From NCBI RefSeq assembly GCF_009914755.1, contig NC_060935.1: 64,000 bases of DNA. One strand, 5' to 3'. Within the stretch, counting starts at the first letter, position 1. Each line of letters begins with the position of its first letter. The notes beneath the pieces are model-generated. The model saw nothing but the letters and a program-made list of their open reading frames with translations. It was not told where the DNA came from and made no database searches. A program made the position numbers and the translations under genes. Of this stretch, positions 43,166-56,799 are shown in pieces. This DNA comes from the human T2T-CHM13v2.0 reference genome, Homo sapiens.

Positions 43166-43377
43166 ACAAAGACTTACATTTTTGAATCATGTTGTAGAAG
43201 TCAGTTTAGTTCTCATAGCTGGACCTGCCATTGACCTTATCTTCTCTACTTAATATTAGCCCCTACACCAAAACATATTTTTCTGGAAATGTATTCTTTC
43301 TTTTTCTTGCCTTTGAAAATGTTTTAAATATACCTATTTTAGTCTATTTTATATGTCTTATTTTGTTAAATATTTAA

Positions 43378-43695
<318 letters not shown>

Positions 43696-44893
43696 CTATT
43701 TCTATTTTTTAATTTAAATGTAAACATAGAAATGCATTGATAAATATTATTAAATAACATACAAATTTGAGAAAAAATTACCTATTGTCTCATTGTCCAA
43801 ATACAGGCACCATTAAATATATAGCATTTTTCCTATATGTTTGATTTTTTCCTTGTGAATTATATTATTTTCATCAACATAATCATAAACAAATAATTTT
43901 TTTAAATTTTTGTCTTACATTTACTTTTATGTCATAAACATATTTTGTGTTGTAATACTAAAAATATTGTTCCTAATGGTTGTTTTGTAACATTTAAAGA
44001 TTATTTTAAATGTCAATATTGAACTTCTAGTAACTTTTTAACTGGTCCTTGTGAACAGGTCTCATGGGCAGTAAATTCTCCCCTTTAAATTTAATTCTTC
44101 ATATTAAGACTTTAAAAAAATGTTATTGTCTAACACTTAATAACTATTCCCCAAATAAAATGTTATAATTAAAGGCAATTCCTACAAAGCCTGATTGTTT
44201 TTCCAGTCTTGTCACTAAAGTTTTATATGAATTAAGATTATAAGTAGAAATCAGCAGTTCTGAATCACTGTGCATTGTATGCCATGTGCAATAAGATGGA
44301 AAGAGTCCATGCTCTTGAGATATACTGAGACACCAAAGTCCATTTTATTACCTGCTGCTGTCCTGAGATCGTAGGTCCTCAAGTGGAGCTATTTAAATTC
44401 AGCTAATTCTATTTCAGCTCCTTACACGCAATGTAACTGAGAAGCATCACTTAGTGTGTTGTAAAACTTCCAATTTTCGGAACTATCAAATGAACAGAAA
44501 TAGCACTTCTTTCATAACTGTTGTAAGAATGGATGCAAAATGTCAAATAGCTGTTAATTATTAGCAAGCCTTTACCTACACCATGACAATTCTTTTTCCC
44601 TTATTATTGTATAATTATTATTAAAATAACATTTTATATCCAGAAGGTGAAGCCAAACATTAGGTTGGACCACTGGACAGAATCAATATTTTAGCTATTA
44701 TTTTCTGCGATAAACAATCCTAGTTGAATATTTCCAGTGAAAAGTGTTTCACATGATTAAATATAAGATGCTTTTCAAAATATTTAAAATCTATAATTAA
44801 TTACATAACTAATGTATATTAGTTTTCTATTTAAATACATATCTTAATATAAAACTAATCTATATAAGTTTTATATTTAAAATAAAGAAAATT

Positions 44894-45150
44894 AGCTGGG
44901 TGTGGTGGCTCACGCCTGTAAGCACAGAACTTTGGGAGGCCAAGGTGGGCAGATCGCTTGAGCTTAGTAGCTTGAGAGCAGCCTGGGAAACATGGCAAAA
45001 ATCATGTCTCTACAAAAAATAAAAAATTAGTCAGGCATGGTGGAGGTGGAGGCTGCAGTGAGCCATGGTTGTGTCACTGCACTCCAGCCTGGGAGAGAGT
45101 GAGACACTGTGTCAAAACAAAAAAAAAAGAAAAAAAACAAGAAAACAAAA
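44894..45150 (+). mobile_element. AluJ with an internal right-arm deletion
   Basis: Left arm intact; tcaggcatggtg jumps directly to gaggtggaggctgcagtgagcc (about 60 nt missing); A-rich tail. Confidence 0.88.
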
Positions 45151-47015
45151 AAAGAAAATAAATATTTATAAATGAAATTAACATAATATGTATTTCCGCC
45201 ACTATTAATATTTTATTTCATTTTGCTTCAGTCTATTTTCTATGCATGTGCATAAATGATTATTTTTATTTTACTAAATTAGGAATTATATATAGTGATT
45301 TTACTTCTCATAAACTTACAGAAAATTTTTTTTTAACTTTTGAAAAATGCTTTTATTTCTATGAGCTGGCTTAAATACAATCTAACCACCAATGTTAGAG
45401 TACTTTGATTGTTTTACACATTTTATTATTACAGGTGGGCATTCTTATATATGAATGTTTATGTATTTCAAAGTTTTCCTTATGGTAAAGTAGAGAAAAA
45501 TTGTGTTTAAAAAGTTTTTCTGTTGAGACTGGGGACTTATATTGCCACATTGCCCTTCAAAATATTATGTATTTTATACTCCCATTTCCACTATTATAAG
45601 AGGAGAATGCCTTTATTTTCATCTAACTTTTGATATCTTTAAAAAGGAGGAAAGATTTTGAATTTTCCAAATGAAAGGAACAGTTTAAGACAATAGCCAA
45701 TTAAAATGTACAAATCGGTAAAATGGAAAAATATAGATGGGGCATAGAGAAATATGATAATTCAGCAATTTTACCAAAGAGCAAATTATATGTGAAACAG
45801 CCATGCTCTCCATGGGGAAAGCTACAGGCAGAAGTTTTACAGAGTGAGTAAATTGACAAATGGCCCAAATTGTTCTCTGAATGCCAGGGAAGTACAGAAC
45901 TTAGAAGTACTGGATACTATAGAGGATAAGGTTGAGGTAAAGATCAGAAAACGGTGGTGTTACTTGGGAGTTCACATATAGAAAACGTGGCTCTATCTTC
46001 GTCCTCTTCAACTTTGCACACCAAATAGCTGGCAGTTATCCCTCAGGCAAGTAATAGAAGAGTTATCTCTAAAAGGACCAAACAGACCAGAGAAAGTACC
46101 TTGGTATAAAGACCTTGAAGTGCCCCAGTGAAACGGGGTCTTAAATAGTGATGAAGCTATCTGTTGACGCAGTTCTGACTAGGTAGCTTAGTTCTTAATT
46201 TTAAAATGTTAATGAATAAGTAAGAATGAGGACCCACATGGAAAGGTCTGGTATCAGTCAAGTTTGTATCAAAAAACAAGGAACCAAGAAATGGGTAATA
46301 GAAGGTTTTTGTTTTGTTTCATTTTATTTTTTAAGTACTGGAATAGGAAAAAGAAAACACTGAGGTAACACATGTGGCAATTGCAAAAAGAGCTACCAAT
46401 TAGAAGGATGGAGTAAAAAGAGAAGAAAGATGTTGTGATGAGAATCCAGAATTTTGGAGGAAGTACTGTGTAGATGTCTAAGGGGGGCTGTTGCCCAGCA
46501 CATGTACACTCAAGAGTTCAGAGAAGAGGCTGTATGGAAATGGGACTCAGATCTCCAAGGAAGAAGCACTATCTGGTGGCTGCTTGTTTCTAAGAAAGAG
46601 CAGAATAAGAATGGTTCCTACAAGTGAAGAAAAGAAAAGAAAATGGAAACCAGGACCAGCTGGTGTAGCCACCGTGATGAGACAGTGCCAGGATGGGGCT
46701 GAAAGGAATAGCCAAGTCTGCCTTAGACTTCTAGTCTCCCTCTAATACCCCATGATGATGGGGCAAAGGAAAAATCAGAGTCCAATCAGAGAAAAAGGAA
46801 GTTTCACAGCTGGAAGAAACCAGCCTAATAACTGTTAGAAGATCTAACATAACAGAAAGCAAAGTAAGTCAACAGGAGAAACAAAAAGGAAAACAGAAGA
46901 AACTAAAACAAAACAAGGAAAAAAAAGTTTAAAAATTTTTATTTAAATCCACACAGCAAAGGAGAAGATACTATATATACATAAGCAAGAATATATTATT
47001 AAAAATAGTATATGT

Positions 47016-47140
47016 AGGCAGAAGAATGGCGTGAACCCAGGAGGCAGAGCTTGCAGTGAGCCAAGATGGTACCACTGCACTCCAGCCTGGGCGACAGAGC
47101 GAGACTCTGTCTCAAAAAAAAAACAAAACAAAAAACAAAA
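47016..47140 (+). mobile_element. 5'-truncated AluY (right-arm 3' part)
   Basis: gaagaatggcgtgaacccaggaggcagagcttgcagtgagcc; flanking direct repeat A(G/C)TATATGTA. Confidence 0.9.
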
Positions 47141-47784
47141 AACTATATGTAATATTAGCTTGTATAAAATAATCAGAAAACAAGACAAATATCTCAGAAG
47201 CTTCAACATCTTGTATCTATCCCCCAAATGCTGTAAATTACTATATGATTAACTCAAAAACTTTTCCAGGAAGAATAATGAACCAAGAAAAAGGAAAGGG
47301 AGAGAAAGCAAACAAACCAAAATTGAGAGACCTAGAGAAAAAATTCAAGTCCAGAATTAAATTGATAGAGTTTATGTAAGAGGCAATGTATCAGTTTGGG
47401 TGAATCAAATAAACAAGAGAAAATAACAAAATAATCCATTACTCTTGGGTTTTTGAAAGATGACTAATTTCTTCCCCTCTTCTGTTTATAGGCCCCTCTA
47501 CCTCCAGTGTTATTTACAGTTTTATTTCTATATATAAATCTTATTAATTTTTCTAACAGATATCTCTTTATATTCTTTCATACTGGTATATCTTATTTTA
47601 TCAATTAATTTGTATATTTTTATTCCCACTATTTTATATGATATAATGTAAATCATGTTCACTTTTTTCTTAGGTATTTCTTAAAAACTTCTTATTTGTT
47701 ATATACGTTACCTTGCATTCAGAGTTTGGGAACACTTCTCCCACCATGTCACTGTTTTTCCCTTGATTTTTATCCTGGCTTGAC

Positions 47785-47905
47785 TTCTGTCTTGATGTGA
47801 CCTTGGAGAAAACCACTAACTCTCCAAGTTTCAAATTTCCCATCTGCAGGATTCAAAAGTGGAACTAGATCTTTACTGTTCCTTTAACCTCTAACAGTCA
47901 GATTT
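47785..47905 (+). mobile_element. MIR fragment
   Basis: tgtgaccttggagaaaaccactaactctccaagtttcaaatttcccatctg core. Confidence 0.6.
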
Positions 47906-48524
47906 CTTTTGCTAGTGGATCCTGTAGGTCACATTCTCTACGGAGTGCAAAAATATATCCTGAAAGTTAATACAACACAGAATCAGAAATACCTAGTCAA
48001 AGGAAAGTGAATTATTCATAAAGTTTTACTCTGCTGAACAGACAGATATGTCACTCCCAAATGAATGATGCCTTGTGACAGATTATTATTAGCTTTAGCT
48101 CCTGTGGAAGGAGAGAAGTATATTCATTGTCTAAAACACATGTAACCAAACTGAGAAAAAAAGACTATATGGAAATTTATATGTATATGCATACATAATT
48201 TAAGAAAACATTTTTAACAGGTAATTTGATCATGTTTAACAAAAGACGTTATTATTCCGCTCACCAAAATAAAAATGCTAATCACTCCTCTGTATATCTA
48301 TCTCTAATTTAAATGTTTGAACACCAAATAGTTTAGGTGGGGAATTGTTTTACTCTCTTACTTTGAAGCATATTTTCAATTAATGTTATTATAAATGAAT
48401 TAATTTTCTCTTTTACATTTGACAATAGATGAGTTTTCCACCACTAAATATGATTTTATTTTTAAACTAACTTACCATTGAAAATGTATCTCTAATTTTC
48501 TCGAAAGTATTTGGAATGGAAAGA

Positions 48525-48615
48525 TAGGAATGGAAGGGAGGGGAGAAGGAGTGGGAGGCACAGACAAAGAGAGAAAAGAAAGAAAAAAGGAGAGAAAGAG
48601 AGAGAGAGAAGAGAC
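48525..48615. repeat. GA-rich low-complexity tract
   Basis: ggaagggaggggagaaggagtgggagg...gagaaaagagagagagagaagag. Confidence 0.7.
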
Positions 48616-49431
48616 CTACATGAAGAGACCAGGATCTAAACAATTGGTTGTTAGGAGTCTCAGTGTTTAAAGACAAAAGAAAAAAAAGTGTTTACTGTTT
48701 AAATACATTTGATCTTTAAAAATAATTTCACTGGTCTTTAAAATGCAAATTTTGCTGGCTTTTTAGATTGTCTTCATTGAACAGAGGGATAAAGGGTAAC
48801 AGATATGGGAAGATGATGATCAAAAAAGAAAGCAGTTTGCCCATTGCATTTCACATATAAATTGGTAGAGGAAAAGGCAGTATGGAGTTGAAGAACAGGA
48901 TTCAGATCAAACTAGAGATATCAGTCAAGCAAATTTTCTTGCTAAATAGGAAATGCTCCATTCTTTATCTATACTTTGCTTTACAGCTATCAAGTCTTTG
49001 CACTTTGCCCAATCTAAAAGGAATATCTAATTAGTGCATAGGGAGATATCTCGCCTCCCAATGTGTTCTGCTCTAACTGAAACTTTATTGCTTACAATTT
49101 ATGAAAAATATTAAGCAAATAGAAGAAAACATGTTTTCTAATTGGTTATAAAAAGTGCTTAATGTGGAACTAAGAATTTTTCTCCAGAATCTGACATTAC
49201 ATCTTACAATGCAAAGTCACATTTGAAGTTGACTTAGTTACTTGTCTTATTAAAAATTTAAAACTATATTTCAAGGTCACTGTGAACACAGTGGCTATTA
49301 GGTAAAATAAATAAAAATGCATTTGATTTTTCTATATGAGTTAGTAAAACTTTTCAGTCTCTATAATTTCAACAACTAATTTTATATGACATGAATGCAG
49401 AATATTGGTACTATTAAAATATTTGGCTGGG

Positions 49432-51677
49432 TGTACTAGTCTGCTCTGATGCTGCTATGAAGAAATACCTGAGACTGGATAATTTATAAAGAAAAGAGAA
49501 TCAGTTGAGTCACGGTTCCATATGGCAGAGGAGGCCTCAGGAAACTTACAATCATGGTGGAAGAGGAAGCAAATATGTCCTTCTTCACATGACAGCACGA
49601 GAGAGAAATCCAGAGCAAAGGGGAGAAGAGCCCCTCATAAAACAGTCAGATGTTGTGGCAACTCACTCATCATCAGGAGAACAGCATGGGGGTTCTGCCC
49701 CCATGATCTAATCACCTCCCATGATATCCTTCCCACAATACATGGGGATTAAAATTTGGATTAAAATTCAAATGAGATTTGAGTGGGGACACAGCCAAAT
49801 CACATCATTCTGCCCCTGGCCCCACCCAAGCCTCATTTTCCTCACATTTCAAAACACAATTATGCCTTCCCAACAGTTCCGCAGTCTTAACTCATTTTAG
49901 CATTAACCCAAAAGTCCAAGTCCATAGTCTCATCAGAGACAAGATAAGCCCTTCCTGCCTATAAGCCTGTAAAGTTAAAAGCAAGTTAGTTTCTTCCTAG
50001 ATACAATGGGGGTACAGTGAAATTGGGTAAATACAGCCACTCCACATAAGAGAAATTGGCTCAGACAAAGGCACAGGCCCCATGCAAGCCTGAAATCCAA
50101 CAGGGCAGTCAAATCTTAAGCTCTGAAATGATTTCTTTTGACTCCATGTCTCACATACATGTCATGCTGATGCAAGAGGTGGGTTCCCATGGCCTTGGGA
50201 AGCTCCGCTCCTGTGGCTTTGCAGGGTGCAATTCTCCTCCTGGTTGTTTTCACAGTCTGGTGTTGAATGTGGTTTTTCCTGGCAAATTGTGTAAGCTGTC
50301 GGTGGATCTATCATTCTGGGGCCTTGAAGATGGTGGCCCTCTTCTCACAGCACCTCTAGGCGGTGCCCATTGGGGACTGTGTGATGGGGCTTCAACTCCA
50401 CATTACCCTTCCTCACTGCTCTAGCAGAAGTTCTCTACAAGGTCTCCGCCCCTGCAGCAAACTTTTTCCTGGACATCCAGAAGTTTCCATACATCCTCTG
50501 AAATCTAGGCAGAGGTCCCAAACCTCAATTCTTGATTTGTGTGCACCGGCCGGCCCAGCACCACATGGAAGTGGCCGAGGCTTGGGGCATACACCCTCTA
50601 AAGCAATGGCCCTGAGCTGCATGTTGGTTCCTTTTAGCCATGGCTGGGACACAGGGTACCAAGTCATGAGACTGCACAAACAGCAAGGCCCTGGGCCAAG
50701 CCCATGAATCAATTTTTCTCTTTTAGGCCTCAGAGCCTGTGATGACAGGGGCTTCCATGAATGCCACTGACAAGTCCTGGAGACATTTTCCTTATTGTTT
50801 TGGTGATTAACATTTGGATCCTCGTTACCTATGCAAATTTCTGCAGCTGGCTTGAATTTCTCCTCAGAAAACAGGTTTTTCCTTTCTATCGCATCATCAG
50901 GTTGCAAATTTTCCAAGTTTTATTCTCCATCACCTCTTGAACACTTTGCTGCTTAGAAATGTCTTCTGCCAGGTACCCTAAATCAGTTCTCTGAAGTTCA
51001 ATGTTCCACAAATCTCTAGGGCAGAGGCAAAATGCCACCAGTCCCTTTGCTAAAGCATAGCAAGTGTCACTTTTGCTCCAGGTCTTAATAAGCTCCTCAT
51101 CTCCATCTCAGTCCACCTCAGCCTGCACTTCATTGTCCATATCACTGTCAGAATTTTGGTGAAAACCAAGAAGTATCTAGGAAGTTCTAAACTTTCCCAC
51201 ATCTTCCTGTCTTCTCCTGAGCCCTCCATACTGTTCCACCCTCTGCCTGTTATCCAGTTCCAAAGTCACTTCCACAATTTTGGTTATCTTTACAGAAGTA
51301 CCTGACGCCCAATACCAATTTGCTGTATTATTGTGTTCTCCCATTACTATGAAGAAATACCTGAGACTAGGTAATTTATAAAGGAAAGAGGTTTAATTGA
51401 CTCATGGTTCTGCATGGCTTGGGAGGCCTCAGATAACTTATAATCATGGTGGAAGGGGAAGCAAACACATCCATTTTCACATGACGGCAGGAGAAATAAG
51501 TGCAGAAACCATTAGATCTAGAGAAATTTCCCTCATTTTCATGAGAATAGCATTGAGAAACCATTCCCATGATCTAATCACCTCCCACGATGTCCCTCCT
51601 CTAACACAGGGGGATTACAATTTGGATTACAATTGAAGATGAGAATTTGGGTGGAGACACAGAGCCAGACCATATCA
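49432..51677 (-). mobile_element. Full-length THE1D-type MaLR (LTR 49432-49807, internal 49808-51323, LTR 51324-51677)
   Basis: Two LTRs with tgta..ag / ..atca ends around a ~1.5-kb internal region; ORF 50413..50916 ENLQPDDAIERKNLFSEEKFKPAAEICI is a MaLR-internal remnant; TSD CTGGG/ATGGG. Confidence 0.93.
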
Positions 51678-51682
51678 ATGGG

Positions 51683-51926
51683 CATGGTGGCTCATGTATT
51701 CCAGCACTTGGGAAGCCTAGTCAGGAAGAGTCTTTGAGCTTAGGCGTTTGAGAGCAGCCTGGGAAATATGGCAGAACTTCATCTCTACAGAAAAATGCAT
51801 ACATTAGCTGGGCGTGGTGGTGAGCATCTTTAGTCCCAGATTCTTGGGAGGCTGAGGTGAGAGGATTGCTTGAGCCCAGAAGGTTGCGGCTGTAATGAGC
51901 TGTGATCATCCTGTCACTGCACTCCA
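51683..51926 (+). mobile_element. AluJ, 3'-truncated; its first 7 nt lie at 49425-49431
   Basis: catggtggctca...gaggctgaggtgagaggattgcttgagcccaga...cactgcactcca followed by an AT-rich tract. Confidence 0.88.
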
Positions 51927-54900
51927 ATATATTTATATATATATAAATATATATGTTTATAATGCATACACTATATATATATACTATATATAAATATATA
52001 GTCTATTAATATATGTAATCTTTTTTAACAAATCAATATTTATGTATTTATTAAGACTGTTGAGTACCATGACAATTATAAAATAAGTATTAAAATAATA
52101 TTTTCAAAGGCTATATTCTAACTGGAAAAAAATCTCCACAAGTATTTAGAAGAAAATTTACTGTAAACTAAAGTTGATCAGACAAATTTTTCTGATAGGA
52201 AGAATTGTTCTATAAAGCAAAGGAAGTGAAGTGGCTATGCCAGAGGAATGATTGTAAAACAAATATAGGGATAAATTTGGTACAGATAATAGAAAAGAGT
52301 GCTATGAAAGACTAGGAAATAAATGTTCCAATATGTAAAGTAGATGTCCCCTTGAAATTTAGTGGAAAAATAATTTAAAGCTTTTCCCACAATTCAGTAA
52401 GGTTTCTATAACATACAAACACACACATACACTATATATATATAACAAGAGTAACAATGTACTGAAAAGTACTTCCCTAGCCCTAACCATGTGGACATAA
52501 AACAATTGTATAGTAAGCCTCCATATGGTTGCATCTGATGAGAAAGATGCATTGTTAAATAAGGATGTTGCACTGGTGAACTTTTGAAATCATATAATTA
52601 AAAAATTATATTATAAAGAGTAATCCAGTAGACCAAGAAATGTACAGATCCTTGAACTACATAAGTAATTGTGGTACCATACAAAATAACACTAGAATAA
52701 GATGTATATATAATAAGATATAGCTTTATAAATACATGGTCCCATATTTCTATGTTATCATTAGTCTGAAAAAATACTATATATTGGTATTTAAGAAATT
52801 ATTTAGAGAGAAATGTTTAATTTTAATTTCAAGTTCTACTTCTGTATTTTTCGTTGTTGTTAAGAAAGGAAGTGGGGACAAGTTAGAAGGATAACTGTGA
52901 GTATGAATAAGGAAAGTGATCTAAAGCATGCAAATTTGACTAACATATGCTACTGAATTGTTTGCCAAAATAATATCCATAGAGTTTAAGCACCATTTCT
53001 TACAGAATGGAATCAGAGGAGGTTTAAATGAGATTTAAATGTAATAATATACATACAATTCTCAGCCTATTATCCCAAGTGGATAGAAGTTTATATTTTA
53101 TGTACTAACTTTTGCCTTACTAGATACAACAATCTTATTTCCTGTAAACTAACCCAAACAGTATAAGGTAGGGCTATGTGCATTCATAATGTATGCCTTA
53201 AATTATTATTTTCATGTGGAATTTAAATGCCGAGAGCCTAATTTGCATTCTTGCTATCTGAATACCAACACTCTGAATTTGGTGAATACATTAATTTTCT
53301 TCAAATGATGTAATTAGTCATAATCTGCACCTCTTTAAATAACTCTTTTGAATATAATGCACCTTTAAATCATTTGTCACATATAGATTTGGGATTCAGG
53401 GATGCAGCAAAATTTATGAAATCACACCATATAAACAAGAGAGTCTATAATTTTTTTTTGGAATTTCATCAACTGAGGAAATCAAAGTAAAACTATTAAG
53501 TTATTTATACTTTTACCTCTGCTTTTAATAAAGACTCCAAAGAAAGAACCACACTAGAATCTATGATTCAATTTATATATTTTAGATGACACAGGTGATT
53601 ATCAAAGGATGGGAACAATAAAGACAAATTGAATTAAGGGAAACAGATGGAGCAACTGGTATAGATATGCTGACAGTTAATACTTTTCACAAGCATTAAC
53701 AGAACCGCAGTTTTGTTTATAAATGTCACCTGAGGGAACAGATTTCAAAATGAAGTAAGAAATGGTAGGGAGAAGACTTTTCCTTTCTGCTAACCTTTCA
53801 TGTGGCAACAAGAAATGATATTCTAAGGAGCGGCTGATTTATAACGATGGTGAATAGCTGTGCTGCAGCTCATCCACAACTAAAGCATGCATATTCGTAG
53901 TTTTGACAGTGACAAATGTTTTTGCAAAGGCTTTAGAAAGACACAAAGAATAGGTGATCTTCTCCATATCTATAAAGGATGGTTTCAGTAACATTACATT
54001 TTATTACAGAAACCTGGATTTAGCAACCCAGTAAAGGCAGAGCAGGGGGTGGGGAGACATGGGGACTTATTTATATGTGTATTTTTCCAAAGGAATGCCA
54101 TTTAGATTTGATTTAATTTTTCTGACATTTTCTTCATCAAATTATAATCAGTAGAAAATTTGGTTGTGTAAAAAGTTCATAATCATCAAGGTAAAATGAG
54201 GAAATGAGGCCTACCTTCATTCACAGGGAAAATAAATATGTTTTAGGTGGATAGCTAATTCAAAGCAGGTTGCATTACATTTTTTTTTAATCTCTCACCA
54301 CAGGGCATTTAAATGATCCAGTGTTTTAATCTTCAAATGCACACGATGGAAAGACAAGCTGTCTTTTTTCTCCAAATATGTTGTTGAAATAAAGCAGCAT
54401 TGAATGACTATGCTATGGGTAGGATATCAATAGAAAGTTATTTCTACTTTCTAAATAGAACTTAAGAAAAAGCACACTAAGAATCAAATAAAAATTCACT
54501 TGTTGAGGACTGGGTAATGACATGATTTTATTCTATGGAAGAGATCAACACCAATATAGAAAGCACTTTTTAAAACTCTGCTCTTCTCCTGGTTACTTTT
54601 ATACATACTCATAAGAAAATGTCATAGACAAAAAAAATTGTGATTTTTGTCCAATCTGTTCAACCCTGAAATTTCATGCGTGAGTGACAAATGGACTGCA
54701 TTCAGAGATCTCTGCTTGTTGGAAAAGATAATCCATAGCTCACAGTGTTTCCAGATCAGATAGTATAACCTTATTGGTTGCTAGAGTTAGGATCTAAGAG
54801 TATGAATTTGAAAGAGTCTGAATTAAGGCTCTGTTTTATCATGATGTGACTATATTTAGGCACTTTAAGTAGAGATAATATTGGGAATGTGTAAAAGTTT

Positions 54901-56479
54901 GAACACTAACAGTACACAAATGCCTTCTATATTTCAGGTTCCTATTATGGAAGGTCGAATTGATCTACTACCTGAAATACAATTAGAGGTTTTAGTACTT
55001 CCCATATTAAGGCCAGAGTGTTACTTCAAATTATTTTCCTAAACACATCTGGTATCTCATAAATTCCACAGACAGGGAAAATAGAAAAGTTTTAGAAAGT
55101 GTAAGCTCAACTGTCATTGATAATAAAATTATTCTCCCCGAAGTTCCTGCTTATAAAGTTGTCTTGGAGAGAGAAAGAAAAATAACAGGGACTATAGCTC
55201 ACTATATATGACTATTATTCCAATATTTATTGAGTTTCTAAAATGTGCCAGACTTCATAGAAAATAGAGTAGGCTGCACAATCCTCAAAGGAGAGTAGTA
55301 GAAAAATGTAAAAGGCTTGAAAATAAGTTTTTGTAAGGTAAGTGCATTGTCTAAAAGTGAGAAAAAAGAAAATTAAAATTTAATAATCATCTAAATTACT
55401 AAGCATATAGCTCTACCTTAGATATATGTTGTTTAGCACATGTAATTTGATTACTTAAGAGCATGCTTTCAGCCATTCTGCTGTGGTGCATATTTTCTAC
55501 CGAATGCCTCAGGTATTCTAGCTCTTTCTATACTTTGTGGAAATATGAGTATGTGTTTGCCAGTTTCTGTTCCCAATAGCTTGTGATCGTCTAGCCAAAC
55601 AAACATAAAATGGATTTATTGATTGAAATCTCTAAAGGAATATAGGAGGCAATATGGTTAACCTTATCTGAGGCAATCAAAGGGGCATATTACAGAAGAT
55701 GAGATCAGAAAGAACTCATTTTTGAAAAGGTGTTTACCAGTAAGAATGACTATGGAAACAGAGGGCACATAACAGAGGCAAAGTGGGTTTCAACAGATAC
55801 ACATAATTCAATACTCTGGAGGAAAAACGTGCTAAAAAGAGGAAATGAATCCTTACACAATTTCAGGGATATTATAGACTAATGAATATATTCATTATTG
55901 GCCTATGATAGCCTAAATAGTTTCACTCCCAAAATACAATATACTTCACAAAACTATGTAAACAAAAATTTTGTAGATGGATAGATATGTGAACAGATAA
56001 ATGGAAGGATGAATGAAGGGATACATGAATAATTTCATTAAAAAATAAACTGAATGGAAGGTGAGTTTTATCAGCTATATGATAATCAGTCATTAAGAGT
56101 TTAAAGAAGCAAATTAATGGACATCTATGCAAATTTGGGAACGTTCACTCTGCTTACCTGTGAGTTAGAAAAATAAAAGAACAGAAAGAAAATAAAACCT
56201 GAGCCAAGAATACCAAAATTAAAGCCATAGAAATAAATTCAGGTTAGAGAAGACAGATGTCTGAACATAAGGAGTGATATATGTAGGAAAAATAAATGTT
56301 TATAGAAACTTTAGGAGGTAGAATGCATTGGAATTGGGGACAAAATTAAACTGAAGAATGAGGTAAAATAAGGAAAATTCTGACTAATCAATATCTGGTC
56401 TGAAAATCGGGAAGGAAATAGTGGTACCATCTGCAAATGTTAAAAATAAAAACAAGTGTGTTTGGGAAGATAACAAAAT

Positions 56480-56635
56480 ATAAGCACTTTGTATTATCTC
56501 ATTTAACCTTGATAACAATCCTATGTCTCTTTCATACATGAGAAGTCGAGTGTTCCCAAAGTCCAAATCTAGGCAGTGATAGAAGAATGAGTTGAAGCCT
56601 GTTTAATCAAGTTCTAGGTCAATATTGTTTTCCTA
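56480..56635 (-). mobile_element. MIR fragment
   Basis: agcactttgtattatctcatttaaccttgataacaatcctatg...cccaaagtcc. Confidence 0.55.
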
Positions 56636-56799
56636 ATGTCACTTATAATGTATATAAAATAGTTAATGATTCTCCACTATAATTTAGATTATACAATGTT
56701 GTTTGTAACTTCATGTTTATTGTGAAAATGTCTCATAAATGTCAAAAAGTGTGTAAAATCTGTGAGTACAGTTTTATAATCTATTATATAGTAAACATT

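Noticed and set aside
45640-46800. Possible L1 5' region or unassigned LTR
   Set aside because: Looks repeat-derived, but I could not match termini or a family with confidence.
50413-50916. Longest ORF (167 aa) as a novel gene
   Set aside because: It lies wholly within the THE1 internal region and is a known MaLR ORF remnant; neighbouring frames are broken.
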